A stretch of DNA of 64,000 bases. Origin: Phoronis australis (Eukaryota > Animalia > Phoronida). The notes under the pieces were generated by a model that did not search any database, was not told the origin of the DNA, and was given only the letters and a program-made list of their open reading frames with translations. The translations under genes were made by a program, and so were the position numbers. The DNA lies in NCBI GenBank assembly GCA_002633005.1, contig NMRA01000589.1, positions 172,642 through 236,641 on the forward strand, in the 5' to 3' direction. This document shows positions 38,501 through 48,754 of the stretch, piece by piece (the first letter of the stretch is position 1; each line of letters opens with the position of its first letter).

Positions 38501-41500
38501 TTTTGAGGTTTTGAAAGAATTTCAAAAAAAGCACCTCAAGTGTATTCCAGTTCACAGCATTGAGTTTGTTCACGAAGAACTCATCAATCTCGTAACAGAT
38601 GAGGTAACGATCGATCAAGTGAGCACAATACAGGAAACACAGAGAGAAAGATTCGTTGACGAGTTCCAGATGACTTATTCCCAGAAACTGCTAAGAGATA
38701 TTTGGAGCCAACTTTTAGAAGTACCGCGGGATGACATCAAACTTGACCACTCGTTCTTTGACTTAGGTGGGACATCTATAAAGGCAATTAGCATGACTTC
38801 TTTGGCAGAAAAGAAAGGGCTGCATTTGAATTTAAATGACATCTTGGAGTATCAAACTCTCAGAGGCATTTCAGCTGCTGCTAAGACACAGACAGGTGAG
38901 TTTTTCAAGCAAAATATTTCGTGTTTTCGAACAAAATTTAAAATTAGTATGTCTTTTAATAAGTATGCTAAAGAAAACTAACATTTCAGGTATTTTACAG
39001 GCATAAGTTTTTCATAATTGTTAGAATTTATTCAGGAATAACAAACCATTTTTTCTGCAAGAAATTAAACGGCCAACATAATGTGCCAGAGCCTTGGTAG
39101 GCGAAACAGTTGGCCAACTCTGAGAGTAATTACAGTTTCGTTACTCTCAGGCCATCGTAGTTCGTGTCCACCAGAAACTTTATCAGAAGCATTTCAACCG
39201 ATTCTTGGAAGTTTTAGGTAGCTACTTCAGGTTCCTAAATCTCTACAGTCATTTATACCAAACCAATTAAAACAAATGAACGTGAGAGGGGACTGTCCAC
39301 GAAATGCAGGCGCTAGTAACAGACTTCGGGGTTATATGTGTTTGAATTCCACGAGGACCAGGCAAGTCTGGTAGCAGAAAATTAATGGAAATGTACACTG
39401 CACGCTCTTAAAAACCATTTAGAAAATTCTACATTTTCTACACTATTTCGTTGAACTGATATCTTCCGCCAAAAGTATTGCAAAGGCATAATTATTTAAT
39501 TTTGGTCCTTCAGTTTATCTGTCTTTTTAGAATTTCCAGCTTCGGTGATATCAAAACTTGACATTTCGTGATGAGGTCATTGCTTACAAAGTCGCTTGTT
39601 TCCTTGTTTTTAAAGTGACATGCTTGCTTCGCGTGGCACAAGTATGACCGACTGAAGTATTTTTACTTATTAACAAATTTTAACTTCTTACAGACAATGC
39701 AAACGACATTCTGGTGCGTCTGAATGAAGGAGAGAAGGACCGTATACCAATCGTTTGCGTCCACGCAAGCGATGGTGGCACGTCATCCTACGCGTACCTA
39801 GCAGGTAAATATTTCGCGTGTCCATTGTTGTTATTACATGTACTGCACGTGCAGTGCAGGTGACTGCGTACGAGTCCTCTAACTACAGTAGTAACCAAAC
39901 TGAATTGGAAAAAATACTGTTTGCCATCATGACGGCTACTTACCATCAAAAATGATTACTTACCACCAAGGCGGCAAACTTCTAATTACAGAATGGCTTA
40001 TAAGCCACCATATTAACTTTCCTGTTAACTGCTCTCCATTCTCGGTCACAAATGAGAGAAAATTTTTCTAACGACGAATTTGACTTCGGCCCAGCCATCA
40101 TGACGGGGAATCCCGGGTCATTTTTTCTGAAACACTTCTGGCTCGCGCTGTGCATAGATCTCTTCGTCGGAGGTATAAGCGCAAGAGGATTAAAGAAACT
40201 TTATCGGCATTATTACAGGGAAACTCATTTTGGGAATTGTTGTTCGGTGGGATAAACTTCTTAATTTTATTACTTTTGACCAGCTTCCCGTCCAGTAACG
40301 CTAGGACGTTGCTAAAAACCGACTTCGCGAGATTACGTGACATGATATTGTCGTGTATTGAGAACATGTGACTTTGGCTTGATTTTAGCTAGGTCCCAGC
40401 GTTACTGAACGCACGCCAGAACTATCGAAGAACATCTATCGTCTTTTTGTGATTTTATTACAAATTGCCAATTTTCGACATTTCCTGCCAGGAATTCGCC
40501 GAAACCAAGGCATGTACGCTTAACAACTCTGATATTTATCGAGGGGCCTTAGCTCTGTTAGCAGACCATAGAACTGTGATGGGGGGGTTGTATGCAGGTT
40601 TGATTGATCGCCGAGAGTGATCTCACAAAATTATTTTTCTCGCCAATAATGTCCCTTCATACCGCCAACCAGACCTTGCTTCACTCAAAGCGAAAAAACG
40701 AACGAATACGCGAATACTACTACATGTATGGAACGGCCGGCCACAAATTCGTGAAACTGTGAAAAACGGAACACAGCGAATGATATGCACCACCCAACCA
40801 GTAAATAAAACAAGCCCTCGGTGAGGGTTTGCAGAAAACGACGTTTTTACAGAACCTGAGCTTATACCAGGTTCGCTAGTAGGCTCACAGCTGTTGTTTA
40901 TGCAAAAATGAGCTGAACTCCACCAGCCTGTATACATAGGTGTTGGTTCATTCTACATATAGTAACAGAAAAGCAGGCGGCAAATCTCATACTTTAGTAG
41001 CAAAATAAGAGCGAAATCACGAGAAGCTGAGTTCATAACCAACGCATTCAAAGCCCTTAGAAAGGATACACAGAAGGTTGTTGGATGTTTTATGTTAGCT
41101 AGACCGCCATCCGACGGTAATACTCGGAACTAGAGAAAATATTAGATAAACACTATGTCGAGCAGCTACAGAACGGAACACGTTTCACGCACTTTCCACC
41201 AGAAAAAAGGCACACGCAGTTCTGTTGTACAAAAGATTTGAAATTATCCATTGGTCATGAAAGAGCATTCAACCAAACACTCGCCTATACTCTTGAGGAA
41301 ACTTAATGACGTACTATCACGTGTTCATTTTGCAGGCAACTTAAACCGACATCCATTATACGCATTCCGCTTAAAAGAGGATACACCATTCGAGTCGATT
41401 GAACAACTTTCTGCTTTGTACGTGGAAAGAATGGTCTCACTCGACTTCTTCGCCAACGTGCAACCATACTTACTGGTGGGGTATTCAACAGGAGGCGCAG

Positions 41501-41976
41501 TGGCGTTCGAGATGGCGCTTCAGCTTGAGCTAAAGCAATACCCACCCGCCAGACTGGTTCTGCTCGACGGCACACCAGAGTTTATGCGGAGAACTTATCA
41601 CGGCATCAGTAGTAAAAGCGAAGACGAAATTGTCGATGTAAAGAATTTCTTGACAAAAACGTGGGACGAGAAAGGACTGGACAAATCTGACCTTCAGAGA
41701 GCGTTGACCAACTTCAACAACACCGTCTCTCAGTACGCTAGCTACTCGCCGACTGAATTGTACCACGGCAGCACCGTTCTTGTTCAGCCAGCTAGCAATG
41801 AAAATAATGAGTTGTTGATGGCGGCTATCTCGCAGATGCCAAGTGAAGATTATGGGCTACAGGCGCTGTGTACCCAACCTGTGAAGATCGTAGTGGTGGA
41901 GGGAGATCACTACAGCATGATGCGAGATGCAGACGGAGTGATATCTCATACAGTTGTGGAAGGACTATCTCAGTAG
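23203..41976 (+). CDS. Spliced multimodular nonribosomal peptide synthetase, ~4,740 aa: C(partial)-A1-T1-E1-C2-A2-T2-C3-A3-T3-E2-C4-A(vestigial)-T4-TE
   Basis: Three YTSG(S/T)TG.P.GV adenylation motifs; four carrier serines (GGDSI, GGHSL, GGDSI, GGTSI); C-domain HHSLLDG, HHAVTDG, HHSLIDG; two E domains (HH...DLVSW, EAHGRE/EWFGRE, RT.GWF, FNY.G); TE with GYSTGG, LLDG, GDHY. Exons 23203-32547 (less the 773-bp duplicate), 33208-34201, 34548-34677, 35116-38895, 39694-39804, 41336-41976 join in frame. True start codon not resolved. Confidence 0.95.
30160..31704 (+). repeat. 772-bp direct duplication around a single N (30932); probable unmerged haplotype overlap
   Basis: 30160-30931 matches 30933-31704 apart from six substitutions that I could find. 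Confidence 0.9.
33208..34201 (+). CDS. NRPS exon (A3 core)
   Basis: Acceptor TTTTGTTTTAG; restores ER|NLELIAAILGTLKADGAFVCID; donor CAG|GTAAAG (phase 0). Confidence 0.92.
34548..34677 (+). CDS. NRPS exon (A3 motif A8 region)
   Basis: VKLRGFRVELGEVEHAL...LVGYVTPDI; TAG acceptor, GTAAGT donor (phase 1). Not shown in this frame by the ORF track. Confidence 0.92.
35116..38895 (+). CDS. NRPS exon (end of A3, T3, E2, C4, vestigial A, T4)
   Basis: Acceptor TCTTCACAG, donor GTGAGT (phase 1/1); within ORF 35079-38981. Confidence 0.92.
39694..39804 (+). CDS. NRPS exon (thioesterase N-terminus)
   Basis: DNANDILVRLNEGEKDRIPIVCVHASDGGTSSYAYLA; TTCTTACAG acceptor, GTAAAT donor (phase 1/1). Confidence 0.9.
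41336..41976 (+). CDS. NRPS last exon (thioesterase catalytic core)
   Basis: TTTTGCAG acceptor; PYLLVGYSTGGAVAFEMA, LVLLDG, EGDHYSMM; stop TAG at 41974-41976. Confidence 0.92.
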
Positions 41977-42069
41977 CCATGAAGTCCTAAATGATGGAGC
42001 CCAGATGGAGAATTTCACGCACAAAACATACAGGGCAGACGATATGAGATAATTAACTAATAATTGTTC

Positions 42070-42075
42070 AATAAA
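42070..42075 (+). promoter_or_regulatory. Candidate polyadenylation signal of the NRPS gene
   Basis: AATAAA ~95 nt after the stop, with a second at ~42151; the region is AT-rich, so chance occurrence is possible. Confidence 0.5.
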
Positions 42076-43102
42076 AAAATCCAATTATATGTTATAATTG
42101 TTGTTTCACGGATAACAGGTTGATATGATTTCGTTGTAACGATATTAAGAAATAAAAACATTTATCAAAGGATCAAAGGACTTCAATGGAGATGACTTCG
42201 GTGCATAGGACGGGCCAATCTAAGGTTAAAAATCCATTATTTGCAGGAATAGTGTGACGCAAAACGTTCAAATTAAATAAAACTCTGTTCAAATAATGTT
42301 TCGCTGTTTATACGCGAATGGTCGCCACTGCGACATTGTCCCAAACAATTACGAATAAATTTTCTGCCAGAGTTTACTCATCATCAAAAAAGCGTTTCAT
42401 ATTTTCATTCTTGTTCATATATAACATCTCAACTTTTTAAAAATTATTAACAACTTCAGTGAGCGTACTTTTGGCAATTAAATGACTGTTCCAATGAGAC
42501 AAGTCCATGAAACTATTGAAGTATGAAAATACAGTTTGCCCGTGCGATCTAATACAATTCATCCTGCAACAGGACATGTGACCACGGCAGTAGCCAACTT
42601 TAAATTTAAGTGAGACAAATTCATGTACCAGTTACTCTGGTTAGACGTCCTGTTTACGCGTTATGCACGCGACAGATGCCTTTAATTGACGAACTTTTTC
42701 ACGCAAAAAGCAAACCTCGCAAATGGGGAGGGAGCCTAAAGAGGGCGACACTGCATTGGTTTATAAAAGTGCAGCTGGGAGATTAATAAATCCGGGAAAG
42801 ACTCTCCAATGGTAAGTAATCATACGGGTTATTTATGCGCAAAATGGAAACCATGTCGAATCTGCCAGGAACATCCTTGCAAACGCTTGAATCCGGATTT
42901 TCGCCATAGCCACGCGCCAGTCTTCCCCAAGCTCCAAAATATTCCTACCCTGTGTCATAAAAGCACATTTTGTTCTCGTTTGTGCCAGTCAGGTTCATTT
43001 TGAAGCAACCAAAAAGGGGAAAGCGCGTGCGCGTGTCATTTTTTTTCCAAAAATCTTATTTCATAAGCCTCACAAAGAAATTACTCAAATTTAGTTTAGT
43101 TT

Positions 43103-43312
43103 TTTAAGGCGAAGGCAACGCTTTTTATGTCATTTTTAGCAAAAATAAGATTCGTTGATTATCCCAGACATATTTTTCACTTAATTACAGGTTTTCAAAA
43201 TTTAATTAATCATTTCGTTCGTTACTCCGGAAGTGACGTTTTGGGAGGCAAGAATTTCGCGCCAATTTCTTTTCATATAGTCTGACTATGAGAGCTCTCT
43301 AGCCAGTCATCA
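43103..43312 (+). mobile_element. Terminal fragment of the same Kolobok-like transposon family as 59025
   Basis: TTAAGGCGAAGGCAAC ... TACTCCGGAAGTGACGTTTT ... CATATAGTCTGACT shared with 59025-59232. Confidence 0.7.
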
Positions 43313-43470
43313 TTCTACATCCCAAGCAATAGCACTTAAACCAAGGCGTCCATGACTACCTAGTGATATTTCACCACATTGCTTTACGCCCAAGCGATTA
43401 TGCCTAACCTTACCAAACACATGTATAAGACAAAAACATAGCATTCACAAAAAGTTACAGCACTTGACGT

Positions 43471-43537
43471 TCATTGCTTCGCCATGTGGGTAATGAGGTC
43501 TACGACACGAGCACTGTAACCATACTCATTACCATAC
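43471..43537 (-). pseudogene. GAPDH: Isolated last exon of glyceraldehyde-3-phosphate dehydrogenase
   Basis: TTTCAG acceptor, then (W)YGNEYGYSARVVDLITHMAKQ*, against the conserved WYDNE(F/Y)GYS.RVVDL; no other GAPDH exons found in the window. Confidence 0.8.
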
Positions 43538-44767
43538 CTGAAATCAAAGAAACACAAGATTGTAATGTGTGACTTCATATTTACAAGCTGGTGCCAACGA
43601 AGGAAATGGTACATGAAACTAGAGGTGCATAAGTCTTCCCCTTCTGACAAAAACCAACTTTTATCGAGCCCATGTCTATAATCTGACGGTTATATAGTCC
43701 AAAGTTTCCACAGTCTGAAGGTTCGTCACTCAAACAACAAAACGCATGTCCCCTGTAGTCTGGAGAGCCCCACTATTACACAATCCCTTCCCAATTAGTC
43801 CACAAAACTAATGTCAAACCCGACCCACCTAATTTTAATCATTTTGGGGGACCCAAAATGATCTGAACAGTGGTCTTAGATCATACATTGCAGAAAAGAG
43901 GGACAAAATCGTCATCTTGTTGCAAACCTCGCAGACTATCCTGCACCAGTTCGAAGTTTCACAAATCTGAGCTGAAATCCTGCTGTATCAGGTTAGCATC
44001 ATGACGTCAAGGAAGTAGAACAAAAATCCAACTCACTTCTCATCTTCCAAAATGATTATTGATTAATTAGTTCAGATATAAGTGAACAGTATGTCGTTAA
44101 TAACCAGGTAATGGGAATATCGATATTTTTCTTTATCGTCCCAAAAATGCTAGGCCAAGTCGAAATTGAAAATTTCAAAAATGAATTAAATCAAATTAGC
44201 GGTGGTCATTAATTTCCCCCTTCATGCAATAATGATGTTAGAGGTAACTTGAAAAGCCTAAATTCTTGTGTTAAAAACAAAGGGTGCTATCTCAAAAGGG
44301 GAGAGCGGCATGGAGCTTCATGAGTTTAATATTTCACGTAATTGAAAGCGTAAAATTACGATGACTTCAATTTGTGTGTTACGTCAGGCAAAGTTGAGGC
44401 CACGGTGGACAAAAGACCGCGTAAAGCTGTAACGAAACCACAAAGCAAAGAGTTTCAAGTTCTTTATCGGAGATAAAGGTAGGCACTTTCCCTGTCTTTA
44501 AATATTATTTTGAAACATTCCGGTGTAACTTTACATGCTTTCTAAATAACACTGCCACTGCCTAAAATAAGTGTGATTTTAGAAAACGTTGCAAATATCT
44601 AACTGAATAGGATACGAAAACTGAAAATTGTTTCCAAAAATAAACAGCTTAAAAGTTTTGCCCTTTTGTATTCGGAACAACAACTCGTACCCGTTGTCTT
44701 AAATATTTAATGTATTTCCAGGCATCTACAGTTCACACCTGTATTGACAATAGAAATCGACGATATA

Positions 44768-45160
44768 ATGAATACGCGTATTCTTCTCGTCTGTATCTTG
44801 GGAGGAAGTTTTCTGGTGGCCGAAGCGCGCCCGTTGATGCCACGAGATACATCTCGTAAACCATCAGATGCATCCCAGCCTTCCAAACCTACTAAGAAAG
44901 TAGACGAAGGTACATGTAGACAACCTAAAGCGCAATTGTGATAATCACAATTTAATGAAACGAAAGATTCTTATTTAATCCAAGATTTTTCACTGAATAC
45001 TTCACAGTGTAAAGTCATTCGAGATCCCCGTCGATGAATTATTTAACTGTTTCTTCTGTCTTTTTCAGTCATAATTTCCTTCGTTCTGTTTGCTGCAATT
45101 AGCGGTTCAGTGACATGCTTTGCTTGGATCATAAGCGACTTGTTCCTACCCCAATGGTAG
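44768..45160 (+). CDS. 77-aa protein with signal peptide and C-terminal hydrophobic helix (exons 44768-44909, 45069-45160)
   Basis: MNTRILLVCILGGSFLVAEA|RPLMPRDTSRKPSDASQPSKPTKKVDE + VIISFVLFAAISGSVTCFAWIISDLFLPQW*; phase-1 GT-AG intron; upstream acceptor at 44721 and a donor-like site at ~44479. Confidence 0.6.
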
Positions 45161-47139
45161 TCTCGACGTGGCCCAAACTCCAACAAAGGATTGGTGTATT
45201 ATGGCGACGGAAGAACCTGGTACCACTTCGTATAAAGTGCTGCAACAGTGGGGGAGATAATGGACTATAGGAGAATACATTTATATATACATATACATAT
45301 ACATATGTAGTTTTTAATGCCGGTGCAAAGCCGTATATTTGTAAATATACGGCTTTGTACCAAAGCTAGCCTTGGTACAAAGCTGTATACTAAATATACT
45401 ACAGTCTTCTTTTAGTAGACTAAATTATTAAACGGTGTTGGAAAAAATGGCGTCCCACCGTTATTTTGCTGCTAAATTGTGGAGCGATCTATAGCGACGG
45501 CTTCCGGCGCCATGAAGTATTGCGTCACCTATTGGCCAGTTTCTTTTTCCCCCCGATTCTTCAATCAACTGTTGTTCTTTCACAAGTTGCGTACATGTCA
45601 CAAAAAATTATCGGAACTGATTTCACTTCATAATAAGTTTTTAGAATTTTGATACCGAAAGACCGAATTTCAGAACAAATTTTGCTGCTGGGAAGTTGTC
45701 GCAAAATTACGAAATGGCGCGTGCGCGTGACACGAGCGTACCGTTTTCAAAACGACGACATACTTTTCATTGTTAGAAAAGGCGGAGAGTTACGCAAGAA
45801 AACGACGCTTATTGCATTGTTTTTCACTTGAACGGCTGTAACGGGCAAAGTGAGTGTCGATTGATTCCCAGATTTTGCATGCACCGGGCCATCCGGTCAT
45901 TAGCTTTACATGTTGATACAAGTTTCACAGCGAGGTGACGAGCAGAACTACCCTGGTTGTGTGCAATTTCGGGGTCTAAGAAAGAAATGCACACAGTGTA
46001 CCTAGCCACAGACGCTTGAGTTTATCTGTTCCTCAATCACGACTGACGACACTGACTAATAAAACATTAAGGTTGGACACTCACAATCTGTTTGCTCTGA
46101 ATTTCCTACTCAAAAGTGAACGGAACTCCGCGAAACTTGCATCGAACAAATCTTTGAATACTTTCTTTTATTTATTTATTGCTTTCAAGTGGTGATTTGA
46201 TGACAAAAATTGCAAAAGAATGCCAAAATTACAAATTCAAGAACCTTATTCCGTGATATCATGGCAGACGGTCTTCGAACATCCGGGTTTTTGGCGGACG
46301 CTCCCGAGCTAAATCTGAAAGTCTATTTTCGCGCGCCGTCAATCCCGCGACTACTTGGTCATGAGAAGTAGAGAGCACTTTAAAAATATCATTTGCCTAA
46401 TAAATGTAACTACTCAGAGATATTTGTGTCAGATATAAATTATCCTGATACTGTATTGATATGCGATGTTTTTTGTGTACTGTGATTTCTTATGAAGGTT
46501 TTACTTTTGGCCAAAACCATTGAGTTAACTCGTCGGCCACGCGCATTGGAATACTTGCACGTACTGCGTTTCCTGGCCGAGTGTATGTTGTGCTTCAACC
46601 ACAAAAGTGCATGATGTCAAGATGAGAAACAAGATACGCCAGTTTATGCAATAAAATTCTAAGTTAAGGGCTAAAATGAGCTATCAATGGAATAAAGTTA
46701 CAAATAATCATTAAAATACTAACTTTAACATTCTCGATTAGTTGAGTTCTGGATTATAATTATTGAATTTGAAATATATGTTGCTTGCTCAACTCGAATT
46801 TTCACCTACGACAGGCGTACAAGTAGAAGCACAACTGAAATCCGCCATGTTTAATGTTTTAGGTCCTTGAATTCCGAGTTTTGAGATTGTTTTGGAAATT
46901 CCATCGCCAATTCACCACTCACGAGGACAGTAAATAGGACCTAGGAAAGACAAGGCTTCGAAGGTTTATACATTGCCAGACTGAGGGAGGTGCACGCAGA
47001 TTTTATTTGGATTTTGGACAGTTTAAGTTGGGAGCCTCGGCTTGGCAAAGTTTTAGTGTCCAACCTTTATGTTTCCCATATATGGTTATGAGTCATCGGA
47101 AAATTCGAGCGCCTAGCTTATTTTGACGATAGTCTTCAT

Positions 47140-47745
47140 ACAGTGTGGACCACGCCTTCTTTAACATAGGCCGTGGTCGTTTGGACGAAAAATGACCGCC
47201 CGACCACAAGCGATCTGAAACTAGAGAAAAATCGTGTCAGGTCAAAAGGGACGAAAATTTAAAGCCCACACCACCCTTCCTAAATAGTTTAAAGTGCGTG
47301 GTCGTATGGTAAAAATATATCCGTCGGGACCACGCCTTCTTTAACATAGACCTACTTATAGCGCGTGGTCGTTTGGACGAAAAATGGCCGTCCGACCACA
47401 AGCGATCTGAGAATCGAGAAAAATCGTGCCAGGTCAGTAGGGACGAAAATTGACTGCCCCGACCACCCTCTCTAAATCGTTTAAAGCGCGTGGTTGTATA
47501 ATAAAAAAATATTCGTGTTGACCACGCATTCTTTAACATAGACCTACTTACAAGCGCGTGGTCGTTTGGACGAAAAAATGACCGCCTGACCACATGCGAT
47601 CTGAGTCTCGGAACAAAATCGTGTCCGGTCAATAGGGACGAAAATTAAAAGCCCACACCACCCTTCCTAAATCGTTTAAAGTGCGTGGTCGTATGGTAAA
47701 AAAATATCCGTCGGGACAACGCCTTCTTTAACATAGACATGGTCG
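47140..47745. repeat. Tandem array of ~180-195-bp units; related inverted copies at ~61300-61580
   Basis: GACCACGCCTTCTTTAACATAG-like sequence recurs at ~47148, 47328, 47520 and 47715. Confidence 0.85.
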
Positions 47746-47950
47746 TTTAGTTCAGTGACGGGGTTGACAGACTTTCAGCTTCGCTACTGAAAATATTTGC
47801 GACGATCTAATTGTCAAATGGTCTGAATTCAATGTTGGTTTTGTGACTGAAGACGGGTTGGCAACATGGCACAACGGTGATTAAGGCAATGCATAAAAAT
47901 GTAGAAAACGTATTGTGACTTCCGACATGTTGATCTATAAAGGAACTTGC

Positions 47951-48754
47951 CTGTCATTTGTTTCTCCAATGTCAGGAGTTGAACTGTAGGAGTCAGAGTC
48001 ATCACTTTCTTGAATTGGAGTTCCATCCACTTCGAGCTCAAGTCCTGCAATTCATCAGTACAGTATTTGCGTGGTAAAACTACACAGAAGGCAGAAAGAT
48101 AGATAATTAGCTTTGAATTTTCATTTTATTACATCTACAATTTGGGTGTCAACAATATAAAAACGCACGAGGGTCACTGAAATACGACATACATTTCCAG
48201 TGTTGGAGTTGTCAAAATGTGTCGCGCGAGTCCTTAGGGATTGAAGTTCACGGCCATTGCTTCATCACTCATTATTCAAATTTACCATAAGTAACGATAT
48301 ACATGAACTTTATAGCCACTTTACCTTCTCCACACTTGTAATAGGCCTCTGCCACATCAACTAATTACAGCCTTGTTAATTTTGGAAGACCTATACAAGA
48401 GCACGATGACGTAAAATTGATGAGCTACGTTTCATTACCACAAGGACGAAAATTTTCAATTGACATGTTTTACAACGCAATTTCTGATAACCTAATAACA
48501 TAGAAACTAGCTTGCACGCACCAGATAGGCCAATAGAATATGCGTGTTTATGATCAAAATAGGAATCATCGACATTACGAGGGGAGTCTGCTCCGTTTGT
48601 TCCGTTGTTATGCGACATTAACAAGATCATAATTAATTAAAATAAACATTACCACATACACACTCACCGTTTCTAGGGTTGTTTGGTGATTGGAAAGGTA
48701 TACTGTCAGGCCACCATCCTGGCTTGTTTTCCTGTTTCCAGAAATCAGGCTTGC
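47951..48754 (-). pseudogene. Spliced relic with an NRF1/Erect-wing-like DNA-binding motif (exons 48754-48668, 48390-48325, possibly 48079-47951)
   Basis: GKPDFWKQENKPGWWPDSIPF resembles NRF1 GKPGWGKESCKPIWWPEDIPW; the next phase-1 exon GLPKLTRL*LVDVAEAYYKCGE carries an in-frame TAA. Confidence 0.55.

Noticed and set aside
24001-38618. Short antisense and alternative-frame ORFs inside NRPS exons
   Set aside because: Shadow ORFs of a long coding region with no motifs of their own.
23166-41976. Five separate NRPS genes or a bacterial operon/contaminant
   Set aside because: The ORF ends coincide with GT-AG splice sites that rejoin motifs in frame, a host MITE family lies in an intron, and one break is explained by the duplicate around the N.
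23166-41976. ACV synthetase (beta-lactam) assignment
   Set aside because: The domain order differs (E in module 1, extra C-A*-T), the A-domain codes do not match, and no IPNS gene was seen.
47237-47632. 131-aa ORF
   Set aside because: Lies entirely within the ~190-bp tandem repeat.
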